Positions 38,731 through 51,160 of a stretch of DNA of 64,000 nucleotides are shown here, piece by piece. The DNA is from Chiloscyllium plagiosum (Eukaryota). The DNA is taken from NCBI RefSeq assembly GCF_004010195.1, contig NC_057758.1:5904150-5968149 (forward strand). Reading direction: 5' to 3'. The first letter of the stretch is position 1. Each line of letters opens with the position of its first letter. Below the pieces are notes generated by a model. That model saw nothing but the letters and a program-made list of their open reading frames with translations. It searched no databases and was not told where the DNA came from. A program made the position numbers and the translations under genes.

Positions 38731-39149
38731 CAGTGTTTTCAGAAATGGGAATATCAATGCACATAACTGCAATTTTCAACCTGTTTGTCATTCATCTTTG
38801 CATCATCGTATAAATAACTTTGTTCAGCTCATAAACGTGTTATTTTAAAATATTAAGGGAATCTGTCCGACTTGTTGCTAAAACTGACCGTAATAAAGTC
38901 TGACACCAAGATCATCGGCCATATTACCATTGTATGGGAAACGCCCAACTGCCTGGTCTATCTCCTACCCAAGATGTCTCAGTCAAAATGCAAATGGCCC
39001 GGCTGGAGAAAGGGGTAAATCCTGACCTCCCCGTGTCAAACAAGGTAGCTAAAGGGACAAAGGTGTTAGTAACGGATCATTTTGGCTAAGTGACCACACA
39101 TCTATTCGTTTGAAAACAGTTATGCAAAACAATAGGCCTGGTCCACAAG

Positions 39150-41880
39150 TTAAAGATCAAAATTGCCCTGGCCCCAATACAGATGTTATTAGTCAAAAGC
39201 TTTCAAAGTTTGATTTGTGGAAGCTATTTGCAGGAACAGAGATATCAGGCAAACTGGAAGCTTTCAAAAGGGAGATAAAAGGGAGATAAAATGAGAGTTC
39301 AGGGTCACCATGTTCCTGTTCGTCTGAAGGACAATGATGCCTCAGGCGACTGACTGTGTGGAGTTCTCCCCGTGTCTGCGTGGGTTTCCTCCGGGTGCTC
39401 CGGTTTCCTCCCACAGTCCAAAGATGTGCAGGTCAGGTGAATTGACCATGCTAAATTGCCCGAAGTGTTAGGTAAGGGGTAAATGTAGGGGTATGGGTGG
39501 ATTGCGCTTCGGCGGGGCGGTGTGGACTTGTTGGGCCGAAGGGTCTGTTTCCACACTGTAAGTAAGTAATCTAATCTAATCTAATCTAATCTAATATAAT
39601 TAGGAAACAAAAGATGACTGAGCATATTGAGGCTCTGGTCAAGAAAAAGAAGCCAGCTGGATTAAATAACTCCCTTGAAGAAAATTGCGTGTGTAATAAT
39701 TCACTTAAGAGAGAAATCAGGAGTTTCAACAGTGGGCCTGAGAAAGCCTTGGCCGATAAGGCTCAGGAAAATCCAAAGATATTCTACAAATATATTAACA
39801 ACAGAAGATTAGCTAGAGGCAGAGTATAACCCCTTAAAGACCAACGGAACCATCAATGTGTGGAACCACAGGATATGGATGAGATCCTAAACGACGTTTT
39901 CACGTCAGAGCTTGAAGTGGAGAAAGACTGGGGAATTCAGAGAATTAAACAGTGATATCAACAAAAGAGTTCGCTTTACAGAACAGGAGATGCTGGAGGT
40001 TTTTGTTTAAAAGAAATGCATAAAATGTCGACAAATCCCTGGGAAATTATCAAGTTACATTGGCGGAAATTAGTTATGAAATTGTGGGGCCACTTAACGA
40101 GATATTTCTATCACTGACAGCCACGGGTGATGAGCGGGAAGTCTGGGGGATGGCGAATTGTGAATTTAAGAAAGGCAGCGCGGGTAATTCAGGGATCTCA
40201 AGACCAATTAGCTTAACGTCAGTGGCGCAGATTTAGTTGGAAGCGATTCTGCGGGATAGGAGTTACATGCATTTGGAGAGGCAAGGATTGTCGAGATTTT
40301 GCCATCACAGCTTTGTGCACACAATGTGGTACCTCACAAACTTTATGGAGTATGCTGAAGAGGTGGCAAAAATGGAGATGAAGGCAGAACAGCGCAATTT
40401 GTCCATACTGACTTTAGAAAGTCCTTGGACAGGGTTTAGCAAGTTACACCGGTTAGCAAGTTTATATCACCTGGGATCAGGGAGAGCAAGCCACTTGGTT
40501 TCAAAATTGGCTTGACAGTAGGAGACAGAGCGTGGTGGCTGACAGTTGTTTTTCAGACTGCAGTTCTGCGACAAGTTGCATCATACACATGAACGATTTG
40601 TTTCAGACATAGCAGGCATTGTTAGTAAGTCTGTGGATATCAAAATTATTGCTATAGTGGACAGTGAATACAGTGATCAAAGGGTATCTTGATCATCCGG
40701 GCCAGTAGTCCAAGCAATGGAAGATGGAGTTTAATTCTGATTTTGGAGTTTATTAAGACAAACCAGAGAAGACTAACATAGTTAGTGGTCGGGCCCTCGG
40801 CAGTGTTGTCGAGCGGCGAGAGATCAAAAGGTACAGTTACGTTTTCCGTTGCAAATGGCATGACAGGTGGACAGGGCAGTGAAAGCAGCATTTGGCACAC
40901 TTGCCCTCATGGGTCAGTGCATTGAGTGCATATGTTAACACCTCATGAGACGGCTGTACCAGACATTGTTGGGTCGCCATTTGGAGCACAGCATAGAATT
41001 CTGATCACCTGCTTTGGGAATTGTTTTCTGAAACTGCAAAAGGAAAAATGATGGACATATATGTTACCGATATTGGAGAATGTGACTGACAAAGACAGAC
41101 TGGATAAACTGGAAAGCAAAACGGGAGAATAAGAAAGCTATGAAAGTGAACCTAAGGAGAATCCAAAGGGATTCTACAGATACAAATACATAAAAGCAAC
41201 TGGAGAGATAACATCGCTCCTGAAAGATCAACAAGGCCATCCATGTTTGTAAACTCAAGAAATGGGCGAGATTCTAAATGAATATTTCATGTCACAACGT
41301 ACTGTGGGTAAAGACAAGGAAACGAAGGGAAATAAATAGTGATGGTTTGAAAAAGGATTCCCATGATAGAAGAGCTGATGCTGGAGGTCTTATAAACCAA
41401 GGTACAGAAGACCTTACTTCCTGAACAATTGCATCTCAGAACTTTGTGGCAAAGTAGCGGCAGGGACCTGAGCAGAGATATTTGTATTACTATCCTTCAC
41501 ATTTCCATTGGGCATATAAATATGCCCTTATAAAGGCTTTTAAAACCATGAAGGCTATATATGAGGTGAATAACCAAGTCTCTACTCCAGCGTATGGGAG
41601 TCAATAACTCGATGGAACAAATATGAGGTGCGAGAGGCAAAAAAAACTTAGACATAGGATCGAAGGAGAACACTTTTCCACACAGAGGATATCGCACGCA
41701 CAATGTGCTGCTGGCGAAGTGGTAGAGAAAACTAAACTTGCAACATGTAAAATACACATGGAGTGGAGTAGGACTGAAGGGATGCGGGTCAAACATAGAC
41801 AAATACAACCTGTTCAGGAAATATGATCAGCATGATGAGTTGGAGCGAAGTGTTTGCTTCCGTGCAGCATAACTGTCTAC
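39150..41880 (+). mobile_element. Heavily decayed CR1 ORF2 fragments
   Basis: QENPKIFYKYINNRR, EAILRDRSYMHLERQGL. Confidence 0.8.
39338..39596 (+). mobile_element. 5'-truncated HE1-like SINE
   Basis: V-domain GTGGGTTTCCTCCGGGTGCTCCGGTTTCCTCCCACAGTCCAAAGA; (AATCT)n tail. Confidence 0.88.
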
Positions 41881-43614
41881 AGAAATTGGAGGAGGAGATT
41901 ACCTACATAAGGCATGTTGTCGACAACGAAGCAAGTGACAGTGGAAGGGACACTAGTATGGACTGTGTTTCGTGTCAAATATGTGGAGGGACTATCGATA
42001 AGGGAGGAGATTACAAGGACCAGGAACGGTTCCAGGAGTTATGCATTATTGAAGACACTGGTGCACGAGACATGCCATAGATGAGGGGTTGGAGAAGGAA
42101 CACAGAACGGATATATCCCAGGCAGCATTACCACCCTCTCTTGCGAGGCCTGCTTTCACCTGTGTTGTACTGATGCTCAATTACACATCACAGGTCTGGA
42201 TTCATAACTGTCAAGTCCCTATGCTGTCTTAGCACAACAAAATTTCAAGTAGGGTCGGTGATTGAGCCTGGTGTTTGTCTGTACTGTGCTACCCCCTCCA
42301 GCACTGCATTTACGTCACGTCTTAGCCAATGTTTGGAGCCCTCTGATTGTTCTCAGCTCTGTGCAGTGTGAATGATCTTAAGTCAATGCAGGATTTATTG
42401 AAGGCTGCAGATCCCTCTACCCTTTGTCTCCCTGGCTGACCAACCATCTTCAAAGAGGTGATGGAGGACACACCGAGAAGTCCACTGTGTCAAGAACTTC
42501 GTGCGAACTTACTGGGCACAGAGAAATATACAGAATGAGAAATTAGACTGATGCAGTCAATGTTACACACGGAGAATGGGACTGAGTACCGCAAAAGTAG
42601 GGAAAATGCCAGTTTTCATCCCTGGCCTGTGCTGCCTTGCCTCTCTGGATTGGAGAATTACGTTGGCTCAGGAGCTGGAGTCTCTGAAAGAAAGAATGAA
42701 ACACTGATGAAGGCAGCAATTAGACACACACAGGGAGGGATATCACATGGACAGATACGGAGTGATATCAAAAGATTTCACGATGATTTCAGAATCAACC
42801 AGTTGTGCAGGATGAACGGGGTTTCCTTCATGGTACAGTGGGATCAGTGTTCATGGATGAGAAATCTCTGAGCAGGCGAAATGATGGCCGAGCGCTCTTG
42901 CCGCTGGAGCATTTATGTAAAACCTCAGATAAAGTTGAGGGAACGCAGGTTTGAATCCCACTATCAGAAATGGTGGAATTTGATATCAACTTTTTCTAAA
43001 AAAAAAATTAACCAATCATAACACGTCGAAAACCATTTATGATATTTACAAAAAATTGCATCTGATGCACACTTGTCCTTTTTTGAGGAACATCTGCCAT
43101 TCTCACTTGGTCTGCAAGACATGCCCACTGTTAAGTGTTTGCCTCTCAATTCCCTGTGAAATGGTCGAGGTAGCTATTAAATTCAAGGTCAGCTCGGACT
43201 GGACAATAAGGACTTGTCAGCCAGAGACACCCACATGCGATGCGTGACTTAAAAATACTCCATAGGATGGCCCCCTGGAACTGTGCAGAGACCAGTGTCA
43301 TGGCCAATTGTGTCGGAGAGTTTATGGATCGGTCTTCATACTGAGAGAGCGGATGTAGGGAGAGGGTTTAGATGAAAATAGTTTTCCAAATCCAAGGAGA
43401 AATGGTGAACCATTGGAATAGCATGGGGGTTTAGTTAAAGAGAAGCAGAAAGGATTAGGAATGAACGGAGTTTAACTCAAAAAGTAGATCAGTTAATAGG
43501 TCTGTGACAGGTAATTGTGGGATGGAGTATTTTTTAATGGACAAAGTGTCTGCAGAAAGGAAGATAGATTTGTGACAGAGAAATAAATGAGACTTATTGG
43601 TCTAACCGTTTGGT

Positions 43615-44200
43615 CTAACCTGTCCTGTATAGAGAGCTGCTGTAAATCCTCAGCGCTCTGACACTCAATCCGCCAGCTAAAGAAAGCCAACATGACATAC
43701 ACCTTCGAAACAATGTTATTAACCTGGCTGGCAACTTTGAGGGATCTATGGAAATGGACACCAAATCACTCTCTTCCTCCACACAACCAGGAATCTTCCC
43801 TTTATCCCTGTAATCTGTATTCAAAGTCGACCTTGCAATATAAATCACTTCACACGTTTCCAGATTGAACTTCATCTGCCTCTTCTCAAGTCAGTTCTGC
43901 ATCCTGTCAACTCTCCTTTATAACCTACAATAACCCTCCAGACTATCCACCGCTCCACCAACTTTTGTATCATCATAAAACTTACTAGCCCACTCTTCCG
44001 TATCCACATCCAAATCATTTATAGAAATCACAAAGATCAGAGGTCCAAGAACCGATCACTACAGAAAACTAGTGGTCAGCGAGCTCCAGGCTAAGTGCTT
44101 GCCATCTACTACCACTCTCTGTTTTCTATACGTCAGCCGATTCTGTATCTAGACAGCCGTATTTCCCTGAATTTCATTCCTCCGTACTTTTTAATGAGTA
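43615..44200 (-). mobile_element. CR1 RT fragment
   Basis: MKFNLETCEVIYIARS..., DDTK-like. Confidence 0.8.
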
Positions 44201-44714
44201 ACGTGTTTTGTTTCATCCTGAAAGAGTCCTACATACAGCCATGGACATTGATAAAACGAGCTTAAGGGTATAGAGAGGACTGCAGTGCTTTGCAGAGATA
44301 CTGAAAGATAGAATCTACTGGAGAAGATTAGAGATTAGGATGTTTGGATTTGGAGAAGCTGACAGAGATAATGAGCTTTCTGTAGAACTGGGGAGTATAC
44401 AGACAGAGGAAAGATCTAAAGGATAGTTTAGAGATCACGAAGGCAATCTGGGCCAGGATGATGAAGCCTGGGAACACTTGTGCTGTCGCAGTGAGGACCA
44501 GTGCAGCAGATGTGAAAGCAGGTCCTTCAAAAGCTGGAGGCAATTAAACCTAGAATGTTGCTGTTCCTTGCTCAGCACTATAGCGATGCCTTGTCTTCCG
44601 GGTCTTAATAAAGAGGTCCACTAATTCCTCTCTGTGCTGTTCAATCTGAGTGGTCGGACCGGCTGCAGGATTTACTGACGGCTCCCGATCTCACTACCCA
44701 TCTCTCTCTCTGGC

Positions 44715-47700
44715 TGGTATGGACTGGTGAGTATTGTAGGGATAGAGAGGGTGGTATGAAGTGGAGAACGTTACAAAGATAGGGAGACTGGCTGCAACTG
44801 CAGAATATTACCGATATAGGGAAGGTGTTATGGACTGGAGAATATTACAGGAATAGGAAGTGTGGTATGACCGGAGAATGTCACAGTGATAGTGAGTGTG
44901 GTATGGACTGGAGATTGTTGTGGAGTGAAATGATTTTATGCACTGGAAAATATTTCAGAGAGACTGACGTTCATGCATGAAGGAAGACAAAGATGGCGCG
45001 GCTTGTTGTGACTAGTGGAAGTTACAGTCATCGAGGGAACTGTGGAATATCAGAGTCGCTTATGACATTAGAATGGGCGACAGTGAGAAGAGCCAAAACT
45101 CTGATGCCGGGAAAGCACAGCAGGTCAGGCAGCATCCAAAGACCATGAGAATCGACTTTTCGGACAAAACCCAACGTAAGGAATGAAGCAGTGAGCCGAG
45201 GTGGCAATAACAAAGAAAGGGAGGGTGTGGGGCTGTCAGGAAGGGAGCGCAGAGGGCAAATGGTAAATGAATATGGGGTAATGATGATTGGTCGGAGAGG
45301 AGGGTGGAACAGATAGGGGGAGAGGAAGAATGGACAGGTCAGACAGGTAAGACAGGTCTTGAGGACTGTGCCGAGTTGAAAGGTTGGAACTGGGATTCAG
45401 TGGGTGGGTGGGATTGAAATGACGAAATTCGTGAAATTTACATTGATGTCATGGGGTTTGAGGGTCCCGAGGCAGAAGATGAGGTGTCCCTCCTCCAGGT
45501 GTCGAATGGTTAGGGAGTGGTGATGGAGGAGGTCCAGGATGTCCTTGGCGGAGTGGCAGGGGATGTTGAAGTGAGTGGAGCTCTGCATAGATATAAGTAG
45601 GATATAATGGCCGCAAATATGTCACGTTGATGGGGAGGTATACAGTAACTGAAGGAGTTACACAGGTAAGAGGCTCTCAGTGTTAGAATAGGTTAAACAC
45701 AATGGTAGTGTTATAGGGACTGGAGGAGATTACACAGATAGGGATGGATTTAGAGTCTAAAGCATGTTAAGTAATAGGGAGGATGCAATGGTGAGACAAG
45801 GCTTCAGCAAGTTTGAGGACGTGGGAATGAAGCAGGTTACAAAGATAGCGATAGCTGCAGAGTCCAGCAGGGATGACCCAGGCAAGGATTTTTCAGTGAC
45901 TGGGGCTATTGATAGCGATATTGTGAAAACTAGTAGCGGGCAGAGTTCACAGAGATAGGCAGGAATGTAGAGGATACAAGTTATTACAGAATTGAGTGGG
46001 GTTTAACCAATTGGAATGTGTACGCAGGCAGGTGAGTGTGAAGAGACTGCAGCATCTCAGCATCAAATGAGCCTGGAAGCCGTCATAAATTTGGTGATGT
46101 TTGAAATCACTGAAGGCATTTAGACAGAGCGAGAAAGGAATCAGGTCTGGTGGAGCCTCCACAGATCAGGAGGATTGTGCAGACTTGACAAAATGTAAGT
46201 AGTGTTGGTGAGACAGTTAGTTGTTACAGATATAGCAAGAGCTGTAGGAATTTGCAGTCCTTGGGAAGGTTGTGGTATTCAGAGGGCGTTCCGCAGATAG
46301 GTTTGTTTGTTGAACAGGTATAACCTTCCGGAGACAGGGTGTTCACCGACACAGGAAGCAATATAGGGACTGGACGACACAGAGATTGTGATGGTTGCAG
46401 GAGAAACTAGGAATTAGGACAATTGTGGACGGTGTAGGAATTCACAGAAATGAGGCGGATTTTAAGAGTGTGTGAAACTTTCTGAAATAAGGAGTTGTGT
46501 GACATTCCCAGTAATTAGTGGTTTGCAGTCCTGTCCAGATTTGGGCAAGGTTCACAATTAAGGACGGACAGAGCAACAGGAAGTGGTTACAGAAACAGGG
46601 ATTGATATCGACTTGGACACTTGGTTCAACTGCCCGCTGAGTGTCATCAGCATAACCGTTAATCTTATGAAAATGAACGGATTCCCAGAGGAATTGTTAT
46701 GGTGGATACTGAAAAGATGATTCCTTCCTCTTCTGAGAGAGACAAGCAAGGAGACTCAATTTGACAAAAAAGACTTCCCATATGCAATGGAAAAAAGGGC
46801 AGTTCTTTTTTTCAGTGACCCAAATCTTCTTCAAGTTTGTTTCTATACAACACTCATGAATGTTACAGGATAACAAAGAACAAGGTCATTGGGACTGCAG
46901 GAAATAGCAGAGGAAGGCCAGCGTGCAAGGGCTGGAGAGGTTGGAGAGTGTGCAGATGTTCAACAGCAGAAGAGGTTTACAGTAACAGTGTCCTGTCGGG
47001 ACTGCAGAACGGAACAGGGTCACTTAATGAGAGGTCGACAACACAATTAATCAGAGGTAGACATGGCAATGGGCCAGACACAACTAGAAGATCCCAAGAG
47101 CTCTCTCTGTCATTTCCTCAGTGAGCTGCTCTTTCTGAATGTGGGGCCAAGCCCCACAAACACCATGCGGTTTCTCAGCTCCTGTATTCAGGGCCCAGTG
47201 CACGAACCTCTGAACCAGTTAGTGCGATACCATAGGAAAGTTATTTACACTGTTACAGACTGCACACAAACACCCCATCCATGTTTCGTTCACATGATGA
47301 CTAACTCTTCACAGCAAAAACAGTCAGGATCCAGATTCCCTTCTTCTGAAATCCTCTGAATGATAGTATACAGAAATAGATGGAATTCACAAAACCTCAC
47401 TGTATGAGTAAGGCTTAATGTGAAAGGTTTCATTCTCTCTAATTGGAAACCAATTCCTGCATCTCACAAATCTGCCACTTAAAAATAACGAAAAAGTGAA
47501 GAATATGCCATTCGAAGTCTTGGATGGCGTGAGCTCTGGTCAGTCATGCAGATCTGGAGGTCACATGAGCAGAGCCAGGTCAGTGTCAGGTACACAGACA
47601 GAATGGGTAATAGATTCACACCTGAACTTAAATCTAGTAGCCTGGAAATCTCAAGATGTGGTCATCCATTCGAGTGAAAAACTCCAGAAAGAGAACTTTC

Positions 47701-49800
47701 AGATCTCAGATTTGTGGAGTTACAGCCACAAACTGTTGTGTTGTTGAAACCCATGGTCGAATGAGAAAAATACTCATGAGCGTCGGGAGAATGTTACACA
47801 GATAGGTAGGCTTGTAGAAACTGGACCGGGAGAGTCACAGGCATTGGAGTTGGTTGTAAAGATCGGGGTGCTGCAAGGACCTGAGAGGATGACACAGATA
47901 GTGAGAATTGTAGGATCCACACATATTGCCATTGTTATTGAGATTGGAAGAGGTTACACCGATCGGTCACGTTGTAGGAGATGTGGGAGGTAGGGAGGTT
48001 TGGATGGGTTGCAGCAATTGACAGACAGAGTAAGCAGGATATATTTAGTGCTAGTTGTGTGGCTTTAGATAGTTGAAGGATACTTTTTGGCTGAGGAAGA
48101 GATCACATAGATAGGGACTGCTCAGGAGTATGGTAGATTTTTCATTGATAATGTGATCTGATGTGTCTGGAGAAGATTTCATAGAAAATTAAACATGTGG
48201 AGAATCGAAGGCAAATACACAGGTATGACCAATCCTTTTGGCAGAAAGTTCTTCCAGGGATTGGGACTGCAAATGGGAGTTTACGTGGAGCGGCAAGGCT
48301 GTGTTTACTGGAGAAGTTTCCACTTGCAAAGACAATGTTCGGGATTGAAGAAGTTGACAGAGGTAGCAACTGATCTATGGATTAGAGCAGGTGACAAACA
48401 GAAGATTATCGGAACTGGAGGAGATTGCAGCCTGAGACTGTGCTGTAGTGTTGAGAAGAGGTTATCGTGATACTGCAAAGATGAGGGGAAGTTACAGTGA
48501 AATAGTGCTATCGAGGTGGACTGCGAAAATGACAGTCAAAGGGATTTTCTACAATCCCAAAGAGTTTACACAAATATATGAATGTTTCTCGGAGTTGCAG
48601 GGAGCCATTGTGATAGGTAATGCTGTAAAGAATGCCAAAGTAACTTTCTTTCTTCATTTCTCTATTCGGTTCAAAGGATTGTAGGGAGGTACTCTGTACC
48701 TAAGATGACGCCGTGTGTTGGTGACATTTTTGCTCTGTACCTTATCTTGGAACTGAGTAATCAGTGCCTACATAACTTTGCAAATCAGATGGCGCTATCT
48801 GGGGTGAGTTAAAATCTTTTCACTCCACTCATTTCAGTACACTTGACAAGAAAAGTAATTCATTCATTCATTCGAAAGTTACAGTCATATGGAGAATCCT
48901 CAGGAGAGAATGAAGTGACGTGTGGAGGGTTGTAAGAGCTGGAGAAGCTTACATAAGCAAGCGGTGTATAACTCACTGTTTACAGACTTAAGCAGAATGG
49001 TGGGTAACAAGCAAGGTTCAAGAGATAAGGATGGTTTACTGTAGGATGGTACAATGACACAGAACATTGCAAAGACTGGATAAGTTAATAAAATTCACAA
49101 GGCTATCGGAACAGGAGGAAGATACAGTCAGGGTATGGTATAGGAACGGAAGCATGTTATATCGAAAAGTGTATTCGAGGGACTGGAGAAAGTTACAGTA
49201 ATAGGGAGGGCGGTAAAGGCTCACGTCGATTACAAAGACAGGGACAGTTGTGGAGATGAAATTAAGTTCGCAATATTAGGGTTTCAAACTCTTCAGACTC
49301 GCCAAAGTTACAGAGAGATGGACAGGAACATGTCACAGTTATCAATAGGACTTTACGTATTGAGGGACGGTTTTACTGACTGCAGAAGTTTGCAGATTTA
49401 AGATGTCTATCAGTAATGGGAGGAGTCAACAAAGACACAGAAATCACAGAGACTGGGCGAGTTGACAGATCAAGGGAAGAGTCAAATGGCTTCATAATGT
49501 TCCACAAAGGGAGGATTGGCAGGAAAGGCTGCAGGGACTGGAGGTATTGCTAAAGCTTATGAGGTTTATCGGGCTGGTAGAAAGTCAGAGGGAGTCAGGT
49601 GCTGTAGGACAGAATGGTGGAGTGCTTCAGGGACTGGAGAAGTTTAGAGAGATAGCGTATGCCGTAGAGTCTGGAGGAAGGTGCAAAGTTAGAGAGATTG
49701 GTAAGTGTTGGAGGGTGTTACAGATATAGTTTGGGCTGTAGATATTGACCATGGTGATAGATATAAGGATTAGTTGTTACTTTGGAGATAATTCTGTCAG
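44715..49800 (+). repeat. Long, highly degenerate purine-rich minisatellite (~35-40 bp unit, GGACTGGAGGAGRTTACAGAGATAGGGAGG-like), interrupted
   Basis: Recurring ggactggag...ttacag(a)gatagg motif at 44720-44960, 45650-46570, 46860-47060 and 47790-49790, and again at 55870-56110 and 60230-60560. Confidence 0.65.
45085..45585 (-). mobile_element. Penelope-like element 3' part (GIY-YIG C-terminus plus terminal repeat)
   Basis: Minus ORF HFNIPCHS...RHLEEGHLIFCLGTLKPHDINVNFTNF; same terminal repeat as at 15008 (GGAAAGCACAGCAGGTCAGGCAGCATCC). Confidence 0.8.
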
Positions 49801-51018
49801 TTTCAAGGGCACTGAGGAAAGAGATAAGGATTGTGCAGAAGTTAAGTTTCTAAATTTGGGGCAGATCACTTAACATTGCACTGTCATTATCACTGGACAT
49901 TACCATGATCATTAGACAAGATCTGACAAACAAAAATTTGGAGGAACTATCTTTAGTTGAGTCGAAAATCGCTAAATTAGAGTATTTTAAAGTAATAATG
50001 AGAATTCAAGGCAAGTGTGTGCCGTGAAGAGTAAATGACAAAGGCAGCAAATCCACCTAATACTGATCAAGCGATATCGTGAGTTTGATCGAGATAATAA
50101 CATGCAATAATAACAGGAGAAGACCTTCAATAGTATAAAGAGTGCAAGGGGGTCCTTACAATTAAGGAGTAAACAATAACCATGACATATCCTTGGCAGA
50201 TACTATTTAGGAAAAGCCATTTAGAATTCTATGAGTATAGTGGATTAGCAGCTAAAGAATGGGGCTTGTTAGAGACCAAAGTGGCAATCCTTGCATGGAG
50301 CCAGGGTAAGCAGGTGAGATCTTGAATGAATTCTTCTCATCTGCATTCACACAGGAGAAAGATACTGTAGCCGTGGATTTCTGTTCAAATGATGAGGTAC
50401 TATAACATGTGAAGTTTAAAAATGCGATGGCATTAAATGTTTCCGCAGGCATAAGGATCTATAGATCTCCAGTGCTCAATGAAATGTGTTCCAGGCAGCA
50501 TGGGGAGTTAAAGGGCCCTGGTGGATATATTTAAAAATTTGCTGGTCACAGGTGGACTGCAGAATGACTGGAGAAGAGCGAATCTGGTTCCTTTGTTCAC
50601 CAAGGCAGCAGGGATGACCACGTAATTACAGTACAGGCAGTATGACGTCAGTGAGAGGGAAATTATTGGAAATAATTATGACGGACAGAAGGAATTAAAA
50701 TTCAAAAAGGGCGGAATCAATTAGGGATAGTCAGCATGGTTTTGATAGAGTGTGATCCTGTCTGATGACTTCAGTCGAATATTTTTGAAATGTTGATGAA
50801 CAATATTGATGACGGCAGTGCAGATGATGTGGTTTACATTAAAGACTTTGACAAGGTCTCACAATGAAGGCTGGTCGAAAAGGGAAGAGCCCATGGGATG
50901 CAAGGCATGTTAGCAAATTGGATCCAAAATTGATGGAGGGTTGTTTTTGTGATTGGAAGCCTTTCACCAACGGGTGTACCAGAGGGAGCTGTGCAGGAAC
51001 TATTGTTCTTGAAGATCT

Positions 51019-51160
51019 GAAGATCCTGAAGAAGGGCCTGTGCCCGAAACGTCGCGAATCTCCTGTTCCCTGGATGCTGCCTGACCTGCTGTGCTGTGCT
51101 GTTCCAGCAATAAAGTTTCAACTTTGATCTCCAGCATCTGCAGACCTCACTTTCTCCTCC
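51019..51160 (+). mobile_element. Penelope-derived mini-element with intact hammerhead core (51026-51053)
   Basis: CTGAAGA-A-GGGC-CTGT-GCCC-GAAACGTC; perfect 13-bp TSD TTCTTGAAGATCT at 51006-51018 and 51161-51173. Confidence 0.87.

Noticed and set aside
47105-47412. Exon-like stretch (pyrimidine tract-CAG ... GTAAG)
   Set aside because: Stops in all frames before the donor and no recognisable domain.
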